DNA of 64,000 nucleotides from Synechococcus sp. (GTDB lineage Bacteria; Cyanobacteriota; Cyanobacteriia; Thermostichales; PCC-7336): NCBI GenBank assembly GCA_051439425.1, contig JBFRWD010000153.1, positions 1 to 64,000 of the forward strand, read 5' to 3'. Shown piece by piece: positions 58,839 to 64,000 of this stretch (position 1 is its first letter; each line of letters starts with the position of its first letter). The notes under the pieces were generated by a model. It saw only the letters and a program-made list of their open reading frames with translations, ran no database searches and was not told where the DNA came from. The position numbers and the translations under genes were made by a program.

Positions 58839-59699
58839 TCATGCTTTCGTCAGAATTTCGCAGCCATCTTCTGTGACCAGCAGCGTGTGCTCGAACTGGG
58901 CCGATAGCTTGCGATCGACGGTCACCGCTGTCCACTTGTCCTTAAGAACGCGAGTGGCAGCCTTACCTTCGTTAATCATCGGCTCGATCGTGAATGTCAT
59001 GCCTGCCCGCATCTTGGGGCCGGTGCCGTACTTACCGTAGTGGGGCACCTGAGGCTCGGTGTGGAAGACTTTATTGACGCCGTGGCCGACAAAATCTCGG
59101 ACAACTGAGAAACCTTCAGCTTCGGCATACTTTTGAATCGCGGCGCCAATATCTCCAATGCGTTTGCCGGGACCAACTTCATCGATGCCCAAATACAGAC
59201 ATTTCTCCGTCACTTCCACCAGTTTCTTGGCGCGATCGGAGGGTTGCCCGACAAAAAACGTTTTTGAGGTATCGCCGTGATAGCCATCCAATAGCGGCGT
59301 GACATCGATATTGATGATGTCGCCATCTCTGAGCACTTGCTTAGCATTGGGGATGCCGTGACACACGACTTCGTTAACGCTGGTGCAAATGGATTTAGGG
59401 AAGCCGTGATAGCCCAGTGGAGCGCTGATCGCTCCGTGTTCCTGAGTCCAGGATTCAGCCGCATCGTTCAGCTCCAGTGTGGTGACCCCGGGCTGCACCA
59501 TTGGCTCTAGATAATCCAGCAGCTGAGCGGCCAACTGACCGGCACGGCGCATTTTCTCAATTTCACGTTTGGATAGAATGACCATTCGCTTGCTATTCGA
59601 TGCCGTATTCTCCAGTCCCGTTTGTACTGTATTGGAAATACCGCGAGAGATGTTGCGGGAACGGGTGGCGATTTGCTTGCCGATGTTGGAGAAGGTCAT
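58839..59699 (-). CDS. map: Methionine aminopeptidase type I
   Basis: SICTSVNEVVCHGIP, DIINID, HGDTS, GHGV, FTIEPM, SAQFEHT; start uncertain (59699 or 59585). Confidence 0.95.
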   Translation of the reverse strand: MTFSNIGKQIATRSRNISRGISNTVQTGLENTASNSKRMVILSKREIEKMRRAGQLAAQLLDYLEPMVQPGVTTLELNDAAESWTQEHGAISAPLGYHGFPKSICTSVNEVVCHGIPNAKQVLRDGDIINIDVTPLLDGYHGDTSKTFFVGQPSDRAKKLVEVTEKCLYLGIDEVGPGKRIGDIGAAIQKYAEAEGFSVVRDFVGHGVNKVFHTEPQVPHYGKYGTGPKMRAGMTFTIEPMINEGKAATRVLKDKWTAVTVDRKLSAQFEHTLLVTEDGCEILTKA

Positions 59700-59977
59700 G
59701 AAATAGCTGGTGAGAGTGAACGTAAAACTAGGGCGATCGCTCGCCTGGCACATACAAACACGTCCAAGCAGAGCCAACAATGTCTAGCTAAAAAAAATGT
59801 CTAGCCCAAAATATGCAACCGCCTAGGTGACTGTCCCTCAGAGTGGGAGGGACGCAGGTGTAAAGGTCACTCTATGTAGTTTAGCTGTCAATCGAGCCCA
59901 AGCTCGATGCCTGCATGTTAGAGACTCCTCATCAGAGAAACGGGCTATGCGGCGATGGCTCTCGATGTATCAACTTT

Positions 59978-60889
59978 TCATGACACCTCAAACTCTCCCA
60001 GCACCCGCACTTCTGGGTGCAGCCAAATGGCCCAGCGTTCGAACACTTGTTGGCGCACGTGGGCAATCAATTGATGGATGTCGCTGGCTCTTGCACGATC
60101 GCGATTCAAGATAAAGTTGGCGTGCTTTTGAGCTACCTGTGCTCCCCCAATCTGATAGCCTTTAAGCCCTGTTTGTTCGATTAGCCAGCCTGCTGCTTGG
60201 GGATGGGGATTGCGAAATACGCTGCCACAACTGGGCATATCGTAGGGCTGGGTGGAATGGCGCTTATGCCAGAAGGCTTGGGTGTGCTGGCGAACGCAAT
60301 CGCGATCTCCCTGTCGAAGCTGAAAAGTGGCACCGGTCACGATCCAGTTACGCTCTTGCAAAATCGAATAGCGATAATCGTAGTTCAGCTCGTCCGGAGC
60401 TAGGATGCGGGGCTGTAATTGTTCGTCCAGAATCTCGACGGAGAGCAGCGTGTCAGCCGTTGAACTACCGTGGGCTCCAGCATTCATGGTGACCGCCCCC
60501 CCCACCGTGCCCGGTACGCCGACCGCCCATTCCCAACCGCTCCAACCGCGATCGGCGACAGCGTGGGACAGTTTAACAACAGAGGCTCCCGCCGCCGCCC
60601 AAAACTGGCCGTTGTCGAGGAATTTTGTGGCGCGTAGTTTGCGGGTACAGATGGTGAGACCAGGGACACCGCGATCGCTGACCAGTAGGTTAGATCCCAA
60701 CCCGATAAACTGGGTCGTCAATCCTGCATCTGCAGCCCATTGCAAAGCAGCCTGAAGATCTTCGGCAGATTCCGGCAGGCAAAACCACTCTGCTGCCCCA
60801 CCCACTCGGAAGGTGGTATATGAGGCAAGACTGACCCGAGGTTCAACACAAGTGGGAGGGGAGCTGGGGGAAGAGAGAGAGGTGGACAT
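59978..60889 (-). CDS. murB: UDP-N-acetylmuramate dehydrogenase
   Basis: TTFRVGG.A, G.GSNLL, PGTVGGA..MNAGA, GSVFRNP, KHANF. Confidence 0.96.
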   Translation of the reverse strand: MSTSLSSPSSPPTCVEPRVSLASYTTFRVGGAAEWFCLPESAEDLQAALQWAADAGLTTQFIGLGSNLLVSDRGVPGLTICTRKLRATKFLDNGQFWAAAGASVVKLSHAVADRGWSGWEWAVGVPGTVGGAVTMNAGAHGSSTADTLLSVEILDEQLQPRILAPDELNYDYRYSILQERNWIVTGATFQLRQGDRDCVRQHTQAFWHKRHSTQPYDMPSCGSVFRNPHPQAAGWLIEQTGLKGYQIGGAQVAQKHANFILNRDRARASDIHQLIAHVRQQVFERWAIWLHPEVRVLGEFEVS

Positions 60890-62295
60890 TACTGCACCAC
60901 GGCGGCGGACTGCTGGAGGTGACTGCGATAGGCATCCACAACGGATGGAATCTGGCGATTGAGGTTGCCCGCGCCGAGGAACACCACTAGATCGCGAGGG
61001 CGAAGGCGATTGGGCAGGCGATCGCTCAGGGAATCTAACTGGGGCTGATACTCGACGTTAGGGTTACCGGAGTGGTGGCGAATGCGAGCGGCGAGAGCTT
61101 CGGCAGATTTAGTTTGATTGTCGGGTAAGGGGCTTTCTCCAGCGGAATACGTGGGGACGATCACCACTTCGTCGGCGCTGTCAAACGATCGCGAAAAATC
61201 ATCAAACAGCGACGCAATTCGACTGTAGCGATGGGGTTGGAAGATGGCGACTACCCGGCGATTTTGGGACTTGGCTGCGGCTAGTGTGACTTGAATTTCG
61301 CTGGGATGGTGGGCGTAGTCGTCAATAAATTCCACCCCTTCTACCGTGCCGCGCAATTCGAATCGACGGCGGGCGCCGCCGAAGTCGGCAAAGGAATCCG
61401 CAATAGTGGCAAATGAAACGCCGAGTTTACGAGCCACTGCAATCGCCGCTAGCGCATTACACACATTGTGTTGCCCCAACAGTTGTAACCTCAGTTCTCC
61501 CATTCGTTGACCCCGCTCCCAAATGTCAGCGATGGTTCCCCCAGACACGGCACGGATGTTGCGGGCGTGATAATCGGCGTCGGGGCGATCGGCGACACTG
61601 TAGCTGATATCGACGGGGATGCGTTCGGAGAGGGTGGGGCAGTCGAGACAACCGACTACCCATTCGCATTGAGAGGCAAATGTTTGGAAGACGTCAACAA
61701 CGCTGTCGAGGGTTTGGTAGCGATCGGTGTGATCCAGCTCGATGTTGGTAATGATGCCGATGGTGGGCTTGAGATTCACTAGCGAGCCATCCGACTCGTC
61801 GGCTTCGGCAACTAAATATTCGCCGTTACCCACCCGTGCGTTGCCCCCCAACGACGCCACTTCTCCCCCGATGACGGCGGTAGGATCGAGCCCACTTCGC
61901 AGTAATACATGGGCCAACATGCTGCTGGTGGTGGTTTTGCCGTGGGTGCCCGATACGCCGATGCTAGGGCGATTGTTCATTAAATGGGCCAGAATTTCGG
62001 AGCGATGACAAATTGTGAGGTGGCGATCGCAGGCCGCATCTAACTCTGGGTTGCCAGACTTAATCGCTGTGGAGCACACCACCTGGGGGGTGCCCACGAT
62101 ATTGCTGGCGGCATGCCCGCGATAAATCTGCACTCCCGCATCGACTAATCGCTGGGTGCAAGCGTTTTCAGATAAGTCCGAACCGGATACTCGTTCCCCC
62201 TGGCTGGCCAAGATGAACGCCAATGCTGACATCCCGATGCCACCAATTCCGATAAAGTGGTAGTCCGGGTCGCCAGCGATGGGCCTATGTGTCAT
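60889..62295 (-). CDS. murC: UDP-N-acetylmuramate--L-alanine ligase
   Basis: HFIGIGGIGMS, GTHGKTTT, EADESDGS, DDYAHHP.E, FQPHRYSR. Confidence 0.97.
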   Translation of the reverse strand: MTHRPIAGDPDYHFIGIGGIGMSALAFILASQGERVSGSDLSENACTQRLVDAGVQIYRGHAASNIVGTPQVVCSTAIKSGNPELDAACDRHLTICHRSEILAHLMNNRPSIGVSGTHGKTTTSSMLAHVLLRSGLDPTAVIGGEVASLGGNARVGNGEYLVAEADESDGSLVNLKPTIGIITNIELDHTDRYQTLDSVVDVFQTFASQCEWVVGCLDCPTLSERIPVDISYSVADRPDADYHARNIRAVSGGTIADIWERGQRMGELRLQLLGQHNVCNALAAIAVARKLGVSFATIADSFADFGGARRRFELRGTVEGVEFIDDYAHHPSEIQVTLAAAKSQNRRVVAIFQPHRYSRIASLFDDFSRSFDSADEVVIVPTYSAGESPLPDNQTKSAEALAARIRHHSGNPNVEYQPQLDSLSDRLPNRLRPRDLVVFLGAGNLNRQIPSVVDAYRSHLQQSAAVVQ

Positions 62296-62530
62296 GTCAC
62301 CTCTCCACACGAGATCTGAACCTACATGAGATTCGGGCTAAATCCTTTAGCAGCGAAGGATCTAAGGCGTAATATATCAAGATTCAGCTGGGGTGGGGCT
62401 TCAAGTAAGACCGATTGGGATTGGTTTTTATTGGTTAGTGCTGGGGCTTTTGGTGACGGACTGCTTGATACCTAGGGGGAGCGCTGCAGAGCAATTTCGA
62501 ATGTAGAGAGTTTATGGATTTGGCAGGATT

Positions 62531-62935
62531 GTGAAAGACGAACAGCAGTCGGGGCGTAATTTTCGCAAGGGTCACGGGGTTGGGGATAAGTCGTGGGCCT
62601 GCGTGGCGGGCTGTGGTGCTTGCTGCTATCTGCAGCCAAGCGATCGCGACGAGCTAGAGGAGTATCTAACTGCCGAGCAACTGGAGCTGTATCTCAGCTT
62701 GGTGGGTGAGGATGGCTGGTGCGTGCATTACGATCGCCAGCAGCGCAATTGCTCGATTTACAGCGATCGACCGTCATTTTGTCGGGTGACAGTGCCGACA
62801 TTCCAACAGATGTTTGGGATTGAGGCGGAGGATTTGCCGGAATTTGCGGCTGCTTGCTGTCGCGAACACATTGGAGATATTTACGGTAACGACAGCGAAG
62901 AAATGCAGCGGTTCGAGCAAGCTGTTTCGGTGTAG
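62531..62935 (+). CDS. YkgJ-family cysteine cluster protein
   Basis: WAC..GCGACC, GWC.HYD....CSIY..RP.FCR. Confidence 0.85.
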   Translation: MKDEQQSGRNFRKGHGVGDKSWACVAGCGACCYLQPSDRDELEEYLTAEQLELYLSLVGEDGWCVHYDRQQRNCSIYSDRPSFCRVTVPTFQQMFGIEAEDLPEFAAACCREHIGDIYGNDSEEMQRFEQAVSV

Positions 62936-63407
62936 ATGCTTGGCTATATGGCAGTTTAATTGAACGAGTCTCAGATGCAGACTATTTTGACAACGGTACT
63001 GTCTTCTCTGGCTAAAGCTTGGATCGCAATCTCCGAAAACTTCAAGTGTCTTTCGGTCCATCCCGGTTCCATTTCAGATATTCCGAACCAATTGCAGGAG
63101 TAGCCTGCACAGACAAAAACGCTAGCAATTTCAGCCAGATTCACATATGAAATTAACTTCCGAACAAGCATATGCAGCCATGTTTGCCTTCCTCGCACAT
63201 TGAGACGAAATAACCCAATCGGACGATATCGGAGGATTGCTGGGTAGCATGTCTCTTCTGGTTGATGGCAACACTGCCGACCCTGCAATTCAGGGCGACT
63301 GGGAGGACACCGTTCGCAAAGCACTGGATGGCTCTAGTCGATTTGCTGCTGGGATGGGGCGAGCCAGACTCACAGTCTGAGTGAAGCTCTGTTGATAATA
63401 TTCACAC

Positions 63408-64000
63408 TCAAGGCAATTGGCTTTCGAATAGCGGAGCCTGAACTAGTTCTTCGAAGGTCAGTTGAGCGGCTTTTTGCAGAGTTTGAATCTTCTTGTGCTC
63501 GGCCTGAATATGGTTTTGGTACATACGGGCTAAATCAGTATCGCCATCTTGGTACGCCTTATCCCACAACTGCGTCCAATACCGATAGCGCTTTTGGCAA
63601 ATTTCCAGCTCCATATTGGCGATCGCTGCCCGTACCACCATTTTGGGTCGCATCAACGCCACCCGCGTATTCTCATCCAGCCATAACAAGTGACTGAGCT
63701 GCTGATTCAGGTGCTCGTCATGAGCGCAACTGGCCCGCAGCGAATTAAGCAGATCGTCTTCCCGATCCTCGATCCCCGGTTCGTGGGTAAACAAATCGAT
63801 AATCTTGCGCCATAGAGTGCGGTGGTGAGCCAGATTGAACTGCAACTCGTGCTCCGTCATTTCATCGCGAATGTAGCGCCGGTGTTCGTTGAAATGCAGG
63901 TAAATTTGCAGCAACTGCGATTCGGACGTTTGAAGCTTCCCCGATCGCTCTGCTACCTTTGACTCTTTGCCGCGCCACCGATAGGTGCGCACATTGCGGC
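63408..64000 (-). CDS. dnaG: DNA primase, C-terminal part (gene runs off the window)
   Basis: E..LL.IYLH...R..I......LQF....HR.LW and ...VRAAIA.ME...C.KR pattern of cyanobacterial DnaG C-termini. Confidence 0.75.
   Translation of the reverse strand, partial: RNVRTYRWRGKESKVAERSGKLQTSESQLLQIYLHFNEHRRYIRDEMTEHELQFNLAHHRTLWRKIIDLFTHEPGIEDREDDLLNSLRASCAHDEHLNQQLSHLLWLDENTRVALMRPKMVVRAAIANMELEICQKRYRYWTQLWDKAYQDGDTDLARMYQNHIQAEHKKIQTLQKAAQLTFEELVQAPLFESQLP

Noticed and set aside
62971..63324. 117-aa ORF between the ykgJ-like gene and dnaG
   Set aside because: No recognisable motif, RBS or convincing composition.

Overview
Cyanobacterial chromosome window (the HIP1 octamer GCGATCGC is frequent in core genes and visibly rarer in the accessory stretches at about 23.7-28 kb and 33-37 kb). 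From left to right: a group 2 sigma factor and signalling genes; a partial extracellular contractile injection system (eCIS) locus (tube, 2078-aa disordered protein, tube initiator, PAAR, VgrG, with no sheath or baseplate in the window); hppD and accessory enzymes; a decayed integron (intI 5' stub, attI-like site, TIR-domain cassette with a complete attC, GNAT cassette); IS remnants; a large PQQ/glucose-sorbosone-dehydrogenase-like gene split by a 4586-bp TGT...ACA element with a 5-bp target duplication, about 225-bp structured terminal inverted repeats, a DDE transposase and cargo including a group II intron 5' fragment; a second attC-like site among small enzyme genes; a complete but rearranged Nit1C nitrilase cluster with two canonical NtcA promoters; and housekeeping genes (map, murB, murC, 3' end of dnaG). 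All calls come from reading motifs by eye; no database searches were run.
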